NCBI GenBank assembly: GCA_965223905.1
Contig: CBDCXV010000002.1
Coordinates: 96,001 to 160,000, forward strand
Direction: 5' to 3'
Length of the DNA stretch: 64,000 nt
From: Candidatus Latescibacterota bacterium
Lineage (GTDB): Bacteria; Latescibacterota; UBA2968; UBA8231
Position numbers and translations under genes: made by a program. The notes beneath the pieces were generated by a model. That model ran no database searches. It was not told the origin of the DNA and worked only from the letters and a program-made list of their open reading frames with translations. This document shows positions 29,216 to 41,200 of this stretch, in pieces (positions within the stretch are counted from its first letter, which is position 1; each line of letters starts with the position of its first letter).

Positions 29216-32200
29216 ATGCTGCCTGTTGTAATCGGCTGTCTGATCGGGCTGCTCTCAGCGGCCGGCGCCGAGCCGCTGCTGGAGGGTCGGGTGCTTCTGT
29301 CCTCGGGCCCCCCGGTGGCCGGGGCCCGGGTGCGGCTGTTCGCCGAGCTGGGGCGCTCGCTGGGCGCCACCGCGGATGAGAGCGGCTATTTCGCCTTTCC
29401 CCTGAAGGCCCTGCGCCGTGCCGCGCCGCTGCCGGCGCGCCTGCACCTGGGTCAGAACTACCCCAACCCGTTCAATCCCTCGACCATCATCCCCTATCAG
29501 GTACCGGTGGCGACCCGGGTGCGCCTGGAGGTGTTCAACATCCTGGGTCAGCGTGTGGCGACCCTGGTCGACGGGGAGCGCCCGGCCGGCTTTCACACGG
29601 CGACCTGGAACGCGACCGATGCCTCGGGGCGAGGCGTGGGCTCGGGGGTGTACCTGTACCGCCTGCTGGGGGGCGGGGAGCGCCTGACGCGGTCGATGGT
29701 GCTGCTCGACGGCCCGGTGGTCGCGGCGGGTGGAACCGGTTCCGGCCAGGCAGGAGATCCCTGGAGTGGGGCGATTGGAGCGGCGGGGCAAGCTGCGGAC
29801 AGCGGGACGGATCCCTGGAACGGGGCGGTGGGCTCCACGGGTGAACCCGCTTCTGCGGGCCAACCCCCGGGCAGCCCGGCGGTTGGAGCGGTCTCCAAAA
29901 GTGGAGCGGATCCGTCCGGGTGGACGGAAGCGGAGGCAAGGGCGGCATTCACCACGGCGGGTACCGGTGCGGCGGCAGCGGGTTCGCTGGACGGAATGGA
30001 TCGAGTCTACGGGCTGACGGTCTCGGGACCGGGGCTGGTTGCCTGGGTCGACCCGGCCTTCCGGGTGGGGGCCGGGCGGGTCGAGATCCAGGTTCAAACG
30101 CTGGCGGACCTGCCTCGGGGCAAGGTGGCCTCAGGCGGCCTGCTGGGGGACGTCAACCGGGACGGGCAGGTCGATCTCGCCGACGCCCTGCTGGTCGCCT
30201 CGTACAGCGAGGACCCGACCCTGTCCCTTGCCAACGGCGATATCACCCTGGGGGACGTCAACCAGGACGGCCAGGTCGACCTGGCCGACGCCCGGCTCAT
30301 CGAGGCCTACCACGCCGACCCGTCCGACCCGTCGCTTCCGGAAGGGATCGGCTTTCCAGTGGGGGCCGGTACCCAGGCGCTGATGCTCTACTGGACGGAC
30401 GCGGACGGCGACCGCATTCAGCGGTCCCTCCTCGACGGCTCCGGGGTCGAGGACGTGGTCGACAGCGGCCTGGTCAACCCGCGCGGCCTGGCCGTGGACG
30501 AGGCCGCCGGCAAGCTCTACTGGACCGACTACGGCAGCGACAAGATCCAGCGCGCCAACCTCGACGGCTCTCAAGTGGAAGACCTGGTCACCGAGGGCCT
30601 GCGCATCCCCCTGGGTCTGGCCCTGGATGCGGGAGCGGGCAAGCTCTACTGGACCGACAACGGCAGCGACAAGATCCAGCGGTCCAACCTCGACGGCTCG
30701 CAAGTCGAGGACCTGGTCACCGGCCTGCAGACGCCGTTGAGCCTGGCTCTCGACACGGCCGCGGGCAAGCTCTACTGGACCGACAGCGGCGCCGACAAGA
30801 TCCAGGGGGCCAACCTCGACGGCTCCGAAGTGGAGGACCTGGTGACCACCGGCCTGGAGCTTCCCCGGGGGCTGGCCGTGGACGCGGCCGCCGGCAAGCT
30901 CTACTGGACGGACAACGGCACCGACATGATCCAGCGGGCCAACTTGGACGGCTCGCAGGTGGAAGACCTGGTCGCCAGCGGCCTGCACACCCCCCGGGGG
31001 CTGGCCCTCGACGTGGAGGCCGGCAAGCTCTACTGGACCGACAGCGGCACCGGCAGGATCCAGCGCGCCAACCTCGACGGGTCGCAAGTCGAGGACTTGG
31101 TGACCGAGGGCCTGCTGAGTCCGCGGGGCCTGGCCCTGGTCCGGACCGTTGCCGCCGCCGCAAACCGGGCCCCGGTCCTGGTGCCTATAGCGGACCGGAC
31201 CGCGGCGGCCGGCGACACCCTGACCCTGGCGGCGGCCGCCACCGACCCGGACGGCGACGCCCTGACCTACGCGGCTTCATCGAGCGACGAGGCGGTAGCC
31301 CGGGTCGAGGTGGCTGATTCTCTGCTGACGGTCTACGCACTGGCGATGGGCCGGGCCACGATCACCGCGACCGCCCGCGACCCGGAGGGCCTGGAGGCGG
31401 TGCAGCGCTTCGCCGTGCTCGTCGTCGGGGCCGGAAGCCTCGGGGCCGTCAACCGGCTCTACTGGACGGACGCGGAGGCGGACCGGATCCGGCGGTCTCA
31501 CCTGGACGGCTCCGGGGTGGAGGACGTCGTCGACAGCGGCCTGGTCAACCCGCGCGGCCTGGCTCTGGACGCAGTCGCCGGCAAGCTCTACTGGACCGAC
31601 TACGGCAGCGACCGGATTCAACGGTCCAACCTCGACGGCTCTCAAGTGGAAGACCTGGTCACCGCGGGACTGCGCATCCCCCTGGCCCTGGCCCTCGACG
31701 CGGCCGCGGGCAAGCTCTACTGGACGGACAACGGCACCGACCGGATTCAACGGTCCAACCTCGACGGAACCGAAATCGAGGATCTCGTCACCGGTCTGCA
31801 GACCCCGTTGGGGCTGGCCCTGGACGCGGCCGGCGGCAAGCTCTACTGGACCGACAGCGGCAGCGACAAGATCCAGCGCGCCAACCTCGACGGCTCTGAG
31901 GTCGAAGACCTCGTCACCACGGGTCTGCAGATCCCGCGGGGGCTGGCCCTGGACGGGGCCGCCGGCAAGCTGTATTGGAGCGACAACGGCACCGACCGCA
32001 TTCAACGGGCCAACCTCGACGGCACGGAAATAGAGGACTTGGTGACCACCGGTTTGGGCACCCCCCGGGGCCTGGCCCTCGACGTTTCTGCGGGCAAGCT
32101 CTACTGGGCCGACAGCAGCACCGACAAGATTCAGCGCGCCAACCTCGATGGCAGCGAAATCGAAGACTTGGTGACCGAGGGCTTGCTGAGTCCCCGGGGG

Positions 32201-35200
32201 CTGGCCCTGGCCCGGACCGCGGCCGGCGACAACCAGGCCCCGGAACTGGAGCCGCTGGCGGACCGCACCGCTGCCACCGGCGACTCGCTCACCCTCGAGC
32301 TTACGGGCAGCGACCCGGACGGCGACGCCCTGACCTACACGGCCTCCTCCGGCGACGAAGCGGTGGCCACGGCGGAAGCCGCCGATTCCCTGGTGACCCT
32401 GCGTCTGCTGGCCGTCGGCGAGACCGCCATCACCGTGACCGCCCGCGACCCGGGGGGCCTGCAGGCGATCCGGACTTTCACCGTCACCGTGCAGGCCTCC
32501 AACGAGCCCCCGCTCGCCGTGCCCTGGCTCTACTGGAGCGACGCGCGCACCGACCGCATCCAGCGCGCCGAGCTCGACGGCAGCGACCTCCGCACCCTGG
32601 TCGACGGCCTCGGACAGCCCCGGGACCTCGCCCTCGACCGGGACGGCGGCCGCATGTACTGGACCGACAGCGGCGCCGACAAGATCCAGCGCGCCCACCT
32701 CGACGGGTCGCGGGTCGAAGACTTGGTGACCGAGGGCTTGAAGGAGCCGTTCGGCCTCGCCCTCGATAAGGCCGGCGGCAAGATCTACTGGAGCGACTGG
32801 GGCAGCGACAAGATCCAGCGGTCCAACCTCGACGGCTCCGAGGTGGAAGACCTGGTCGCTACCGGCCTGAACGAGCCCTACGGCTTGGCTCTCGACCTTT
32901 CCGGCGGCAAGCTCTACTGGACGGACTGGGGCAGCGACCGCATCCAGCGGGCAAATCTCGACGGCTCCGGAGTCGAGGACCTGGTCACCGGGCTCAACCA
33001 GCCGCGGGGGATCGCCCTCGATTTGGGGGACGGCCGCATGTACTGGCCGGACTGGGGCACCGACAAGATCCAGCGCGCCCAGCTCGACGGCTCGGATGTG
33101 GAAGACCTGGTCACCGAGGGGCTGCAGACCTCCCAGGCGATCGCGCTGGATTTGGGCGGCGGCAAGATGTACTGGACCGACTACGGCACCGACAAGATCC
33201 AGCGGGCCAACCTCAACGGCTCCGAGGTGGAAGACCTGGTCACCTCCGGCCTGAAGGAGCCCTACGGCCTGACCCTGGGGGCCGGCCTTTCGGCGCAGGT
33301 CTTCAAGGTAGGGGGAGACTCGACGACCCTGAACCTGTCGGGCCGCTTCCGCGACCCGGAGGGGGGCGCCCTGACCCTCACGGTGTCTTCCAGCAACGAG
33401 GCGGTCGCCACCGCGACCCTGACCGATTCGGTGTTGACCATCGCTCCGGTAACCCCCGGCCAGGTGACGGTCTCGGTGACCGCCCGCGACGAAGGAGGCC
33501 GGGCTACGACCCTGCCGGTCCCGGTGACCGTGTACCCGACCAACCGTTCCCCCGTGGCCCAGACTGTGGACGACCGCAAGGTCCGCATCGACCGGCCGGC
33601 CCGGGTGGAGCTGTCGACCGCCTTCACCGACCCGGACGAAGGAGACGTGCTGACCTACGCGGCCACCTCGAGCAACGAGGCGGTGGCCACGGCAGCGGTC
33701 GAGGGGTCCGGGGTGGACATCGCTCCCAAGAGCCTCGGGCAGACGACCATTGCGGTGACCGCCCGCGACCCCGAAGGCCTGGAGGCGTCGCTGAGCTTCG
33801 GAGTCACCGTCGAGCCCAAGCCGCCGCCCAGGCCTCCCCGGCCCCCGCCCGGCTCGAGTGATAATGGCGGCGGCGGCGGTCCGGTAACCCCCCCGCCCCC
33901 GCCACCGCCTCCGCGGCCGCCCCCAGGTCCGAACAACGCCCCCACCTTCGACGAGGGCCCGGCCGCCACCCGCAGCGTCGCCGAAAACACCGGGGCGAAC
34001 CGGAACATCCAGCACCCGGTCCGCGCCACCGACGACGACGGACACCGCCTGACCTACCGCCTCTCCGGCACCGACGAGGCCCGCTTCGCCGTCGTCTCCG
34101 GCAGCGGGCAGCTGCGCACCCGGTCCGGGGTCGCCTATGACTTCGAGACGACTAACCGCTACAAGGTGACGTTGGAAGCCGACGACCCCTACGGCGGCAC
34201 CGATGCCATCGACGTGACCGTGCACGTGGCCGACGTCGACGAACCTCCCCAGGCCCCGGGCAGGCCTCAGGTCGACCCGGCTTCATCCACCAGCCTGACG
34301 GTAACCTGGACGGAGCCCGTCAACACCGGCCCCGATGTCCACGACTACGACGTGCAGTACCGCAAGAGCGGCAGCTTCCTCCCCTGGCCGCACACCGGCC
34401 CCGGCACCGCCGCCACGATCCCGGACCTGGACGTCAACACCCGTTACGAGGTGCAGGTGCGGGCGCACAACGACGAAGGCGAGAGCTCCTGGTCCGCCTC
34501 CGGCTTCGGGACCACCAGCGCCAACCAGCGGCCGGTATTCGACGAATCCGCTCCGACGCGCAGCCTCGACGAGAACACCACCGGAACACAAGACATCGGC
34601 GCCCCGGTGAGGGCGACCGATTCGGAGAACACGGCGCTGACCTACCGCCTCTCCGGAGGGGACGCGAGCTCCTTCACCCTCGACGAGACCAACGGCCAGC
34701 TGCGCACCCGCCCCGGCGTCGCCTACGACTTCGAGACGCAGAGCCGCTACTCGGTTACGGTGGAGGCAACCGACGAGCCGGGCGGCGGAACGACCGTCAC
34801 CGTGACCATCGAACTGATCGACGACGACAACGAGCGGCCGGACCGGCCCGACCGGCCCACGGTGACAGCCTCGACGCTGAACAGTCTATCCATTCGCTGG
34901 ACCGCCCCGGCCAACACCGGTCCCGACATCCACGACTACGACGTGCAGTACAGCGAAGACGGCGGCACCTTCGGCGACTGGCCGCACACCGGACCGGGCA
35001 CGAGCACGACGATCACCAGCCTGACCGCGGACACGCGCTACCAGGTGCAGGTGCTCGCGCGTAGCCCGGAAGGCGAGAGCCTCCGGTCCGAGTCGGTGGA
35101 GGCGAGGACCGTCGCCAACCAGGCGCCCACGTTCAGCGAAGGATCGCGCACCTCGCGCAGTCTGGACGAGAACACCGCCGGGACGAACGACATCGGCAAC

Positions 35201-38200
35201 CCGGTGACCGCCACCGACAACGACGGAGGGACGCTGGACTACCGGCTCGCCGGCACCGACGCGGCCAGCTTCGACCTCGACGCGAACGACGGACAGCTCG
35301 AGACCCGGTCCGGCGAGACCTACGACTACGAGGAGAAGGCCAGCTACGAGGTGACGGTGCGCGTCGAGGACGGCCAGGGCGGCAGCAACACCATCGAGGT
35401 GACAATTAACCTGAGAGACGAAACCGAACCGCCCGAGGACCCGGCAGCACCCAGCGTCTCGGCGGCCTCCTCTACCAGTTTGACGGTGACCTGGGCGGAG
35501 CCGGCCACCACCGGCCCCGACATCGACGACTACGACATCCAATACCGCGAAGGGGACAGCGGCAGCTTCACCTCCTGGTCCCACAACAGCGCGGAACGCA
35601 CCGCGACCATCACCAACCTGACCCCGGGCACGAGCTACCAGGTGCAGGTGCTCGCGCGCAACGACGAAGGAGCCAGCGACTGGTCCTCCTCCGGCACGGG
35701 AAGCACCGACCCCAATCAGCTGCCGGTGTTCACCGACGGGTCGAGCGCCACCCGCCGCCTCGACGAGAACACCACCGGCGTTGAGGACGTCGGCGATCCG
35801 GTCGGCGCTACCGACCCGGAGAACACTCCCCTGACCTACAGCCTCGGAGGCACGGATGCGGACGCCTTCGCCATCGACACGCGCAGCGGCCAGCTCCGCA
35901 CCGACCGCGACGAGACCTGGGACTACGAAACCAAGTCCAGCTATTCGGTGTCGGTGAAAGCCGAGGACGGCCACGGCGGCGAGCGCACCATCCCCGTGTT
36001 CATCGACCTGAACGACCTCAACGAGGCTCCGGAGTTCATCAGCGACGCGGCCTTCGAGGCCGCGGAGAACCAGACCTTTGCCGGCCTGGTGACCGCTCAG
36101 GACCTCGATAGCGGCGACCAGATCACAGACTACACCCCCACCGGCGGCGCCGACCGCGACCGGTTCGAGATCAACAGCGGGGGCGTGCTGATCTTCAAGG
36201 ATACCCCCGACTTCGAGAACCCCTCGGACGCGGGAAGGAACAACCAGTACAGCGTGGTGGTCACAGCCACCGGCGGCACCGGAGGGCGCGCACTGACCGC
36301 GGAACAAGCGATCACCGTCACCGTCACCGACGAGAACGAAGAGCCCGCCTTCACCAGCGACGATGCCTTCATGGTCCATGAAAACGAGCGGTTCGTCGGC
36401 CGGGTGACCGCCCAGGATGTCGACAGGGACGATGGCATCACCGGCTACGAGGTCGCCGGAGGGGCCGACGGGAGCCGGTTCGAGATCGCCAACACCAACG
36501 AGCTGCGCTTCAAGGAGAGTCCCGACGAGAAGCCCGACTTCGAGCGGCCATCGGATTCAGGGGGTGACAACGAATACAACGTGCTGGTAGAAGCCGGCGG
36601 CGGCACGGACACCCGAAAGCTGACGGCAACGCAAGCCGTCACCGTCACCGTGGAAGATGTGGATGAGCCGCCGGGCAAACCCGATCCGCCCACCGTGAGC
36701 GACGAGACCGAGAGCAGCCTGAGGGTGAGCTGGACCGAGCCGGCCAACACCGGCCCCGTCATCACCAACTACCACGTGCAGTACCGCCACACCGGCGCCT
36801 ACATCGCCTGGTCCGACAGCGGCGCGGCCCCGAGCCGCACGATCACCGGCCTGCGCTCGGGACGGACCTACCAGGTCCAGGTGCAGGCCAAAAACGACGA
36901 GGGGGAAGGACCGTGGTCCAATCCGGGCAGCGGGACCACCCTCACGGCCCCGACGGTTTCCAGCGTCGCCTTCACCTCGACGCCTGCCTCGGGGCAGAAC
37001 AACAACTACAAGAAGGACGACGTGATCGGCGTGACCGCGACCTTCAGCGAGGCGGTGACGGTCACCGGAACGCCGCAGATCGACCTGACCATCGGTTCCA
37101 CCGAACGCCAGGCCGACTACGAAAGCGGCTCTACAACGACCCAGCTCCTGTTCCAGTACGAGGTGCAGGCCAGCGACGAGGACGATAACGGCGCTTCCAT
37201 CAACGAAAATGGGCTCAAGCTCAACAACGGCCGCATCTTCCTGCTCAAGAACAGCACCACCGTCAACGCGGATCTGGCGCACGGGGGGCGCACCAATCAG
37301 TCCGCACACAAGGTCGACGGCGTCGCTCCGACCCTCACCAAAGCGGAGGTCAAGAGCGAGGAGCTGACCCTGGCGTACGTCGAGAGACTCGACGTCGCTT
37401 CGAAGCCGGCAACCGGGGACTTCGCCGTGACCGTCGACGGCGAGGCGCGAAGCGTCACCGCGGTAACGATGCACACCAGCGAAGTGGCCCTCACCCTCGC
37501 CTCGGAGGTGACGCCGGGCGAGACAGTGACGGTCACCTACACGCCGGGGACCAACCCGATCCGCGACCTGGCGCAGAACCCCGCCGGCGTCCTGAGCAAC
37601 CTGACGGCGGCGAACCGGACTCCGATCGGCAATGTCTGCAGCCGCACCGCGCAGGTGCGCAACGAGATCGTCAGGCAGGCTCCCGTAAGCACCTGCGGTG
37701 CCGTGACAGCGGAACACCTGGCGGAAATCGAGTACCTCTTCCTGTACGGCGAGAACATCTCGACACTGAAAGCCGGCGACTTCGCCGGGCTGACGGCCCT
37801 GGAACTCCTCGACCTGGGGAGCAACAGCATCAGCTCGCTGCCGGCCACCCTGTTCTCCGGGTTGTCGGCGCTGATCGCCCTCGACCTGTCCGACAACTCC
37901 TTCACCGCCCTGCAGGCCAACCGTTTCTTGGGGTTGACCGCCCTCGAAGACCTCTACCTGGACGGCAACGACCTCGCCAGCCTCGACGCCAACGCCTTCT
38001 CCGGGCTGACGGCGCTGATTGTCCTCGACCTGTCCGGGAACTCGTTGACCACGCTGTCGGCCAACCTCTTTTCCGGCTTGTCGGCACTGGAAGACCTCTA
38101 CCTGTTCGAAAACGAGCTCGGCAGCCTCGGAGCGAACCTGTTCTCCGGACTGACGGCGCTGACGGATCTCCTGCTGGCCGGCAACGACCTCGGCAGCCTC

Positions 38201-41200
38201 GACGCCAGCCTGTTCTCCGGGCTGACCTCGCTGGCCAGTCTCGACCTCTCCGATGCCGGAGTCACCATCCTGCCGGCGAACGGCTTCTCCGCATTGTCGG
38301 CGCTGGAAACACTCCACCTGGATTTCAACGATCTCGGCAGCCTCGACGCCAGCGCCTTCTCCGGGTTGTCGGCGCTCGAACGCCTCGACCTGACCAAGGC
38401 CGGAATCACCGGCCTGCCGGCCACGGTCTTCTCGGGCTTGTCGGCGCTGGAAGTAGCCCACCTGGACAGCAACGACCTCGGCGGCCTCGACGCCAGCCTG
38501 TTCTCCGGGCTGACCTCGCTGAGAGGACTCGACCTTTCCGATTCAGAGATCACCTCCGTTCCCAGCAACCTCTTTTCCGGGCTGACCGTGCTCGAGGTGC
38601 TCGACCTGGGCTACAACAAACTCAGCAGCGTGGACGCGAACCTCCTCTCCGCTCCGACGGAGTTGACCGTGTTCTCCCTGAGCGGCAACGACCTCACCAC
38701 GTTGCCGGCGACGCTCTTTTCCGGATTGACGGAACTGCGATGGCTGTATCTGAGGGAAAACCAGCTATCTACACTTCCGGACGGCCTCTTTTCCGGGCTG
38801 ACCGCGCTCACCAGACTCCGGCTCGAGGGCAACACGGTCGACCCCCTGCCCGTAAACGTCTCCCTGGAAGGGGTCGGGTCCCTGTTCCGGGCCGAGGCGC
38901 ACACCGCCGCCCCCTTCGAGCTGGTCCTGCCGCTGCGGCTGGCCAACGGCGAAATCGACAGCGGCGAAGAGAGCATCACAGTTCCCCAGGGCAGCATCCA
39001 AAGCGGGTTCCTCTTTGTATCCCGCACGGCCGGCACCAGCGCCGCCGTCACCGTCGATCTCGGCGTTCTGCCGGTACTGCCGGCGAGCGACAGGGGCTAC
39101 GTCTTCGTCCGATCCGGCGACCTGCCGGTGGAGGTGATCGCCGCCGAACAGGGGGTGGAGATCTATCCGGCGGAGCTGACCATGCCCGAGGACGACAGCG
39201 ACACCTACACGGTGGTGCTGACCTCGCGGCCGACCGCTGACGTGACGGTTTCGGTGACCGTTCCGTCGGGTGCGGATGTCACGGTGAACCCCTCTCCGCT
39301 CACCTTCACCGCCGACGACTGGGATACGCCGCAAACCGTGACGGTGACCTCCAGCGCCGACACCGACAGCGAGGACGACGAGGTCACCCTGAGTCACTCG
39401 GTAAGCGGCGGCTACCAGAGCGTGACCGTCGAGGACGTGGAGGTGAAGGTCACGGAGACGGACGTGACCACCAACAGCTCGCCGGTCTTCGCCACCACTT
39501 CCTTCGACGTGCAGGAGAACCAAACCCAGGTCGCCACGCTGGTCGCCACCGATGCCGACGCCAGGGACTACATCACCGGATACGAGATCACCGGCGGGAC
39601 CGATCAGGCCCTGTTCGAGATCACCAGCCGGGGCGAGTTGAGCTTCGCGGAACTGCCCGACTACGAACGTCCCGCCGCCAGGAACAACCTGTATGTGGTC
39701 AATGTCACCGCCACCAGCGGCATGGGCACCCGGGAACGGACCCGCGAGCAGCAGATTCTCGTTTCGGTGACCGACGTCGACGAGCCGCCGGGGCCGCCGG
39801 GGCCCCCCAGACTGGCACTCCCCTTCGTCTATTCCCGCATCATCGCGGTGACCCCGGGCAGGAGACCGCCGGCGAATACCGGACCGGACATCACCGCCTG
39901 GGAGATACAGTACCGCGTCAAGGACAGCGGCGACTTCGTCGGCTACACCCCGGACCCGGAGCCGGACTGGACGGAACCTGATTGGGTGGCGTTGATCAGA
40001 AACCTGAATCGAGCCACGACCTACGAGGTGCAGGTGGCGGCGAAGAACGACGAGGGGGCAGGCGAGTGGTCGCCCTCGGCGGAGATAGAGATCCCCAACC
40101 AGTCCCCGGTTGTCGAGGGCTCCATCGACGACGTGACGCTGCCTGTGGGAGGCGCGGTGGAGGTCGTGTCCGTGGATGAAGCCTTCGACGATCCCGACGA
40201 TCTGGTCCTGAATTTCACGGCGTCGTCGAACAACACTGCCGCCGCGCCCGTGCGGGTGAGCGGTGCCGAGGTCCTGGTCGATCCGCTGGCCGTCGGCACC
40301 GCGACCGTAACGGTAACGGCGAGCGATCCCTGGGGAGCGAGCGTCTCGACGACCTTCGGCGCCGACATCCGGACCCCGACCTTGTCGGCCCCCACCCTGA
40401 GCATCAGCGGCGACCTGTTCACACTGGAATTCAGCGATGACTTCACCGCCGACGAAACCCGGGCTTACGAGATCCGAATCCGGCAGAAGGAGCCCATTGG
40501 GAACTGGGCCACGGGGTGCTTTTCCGCAACCAACGACGAGAGTTCCCCCAAGACGGTAACGGTAACGGTGCAGGACCTGGTCTCCGATTTCTTCGAGCCC
40601 GGCAGCACCTACGAAGCCGACTACGGGTACCTCGGGGAGGATTGCACCGGCAGTCTGACGGGCGTGCGCTCGGCGGTCGCCGAGGCGACCGTGCCGGGGA
40701 CCCCCGAGTTCGACATCGAGCTCGTCTACGCCGGCGGCGCGCCGGCCCGCCGGGTCCAGTCGGCATTCGAGACCGCTGCCGCCCGCTGGGAACGGATCAT
40801 CGCCCAGGACATCCCCAACCACCGCTTGTCCGACAACCGGCGCAGCCTGTTGGAACGGCTCTATCCGGGGACCACCTCCCCCGAGGTCGTCGACGACCTG
40901 GTGGTCTACGTGGAAGTGGTCGAGATCGACGGGTTGAGCGGTACCCTCGGGCAGGCGGGACGGCTCGTCTGGCGAGTCCCGTCCTCGTTGCCGATCGCGG
41001 CCGGCATCGAGCTCGACCGGGACGACCTGCGTATCCTGACGGACCAGGAGTTGGGATCCCTCGTTCTGCACGAGCTCGGTCACACCCTGGGCTTCGGCCT
41101 CGGGTCGTGGGAAGACCACAATCTGCTGAAGAACCCGTCCCTCGACGTGAACGGCGATCCCATCGTCCCCGCCCCCGACACCTATTTCTCCGGTGCCAAT

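Noticed and set aside
30385-33280. Regularly spaced DNA repeats that could suggest a CRISPR array
   Set aside because: The units are in-frame YWTD coding repeats, the intervening sequence is also homologous, and there are no cas genes.
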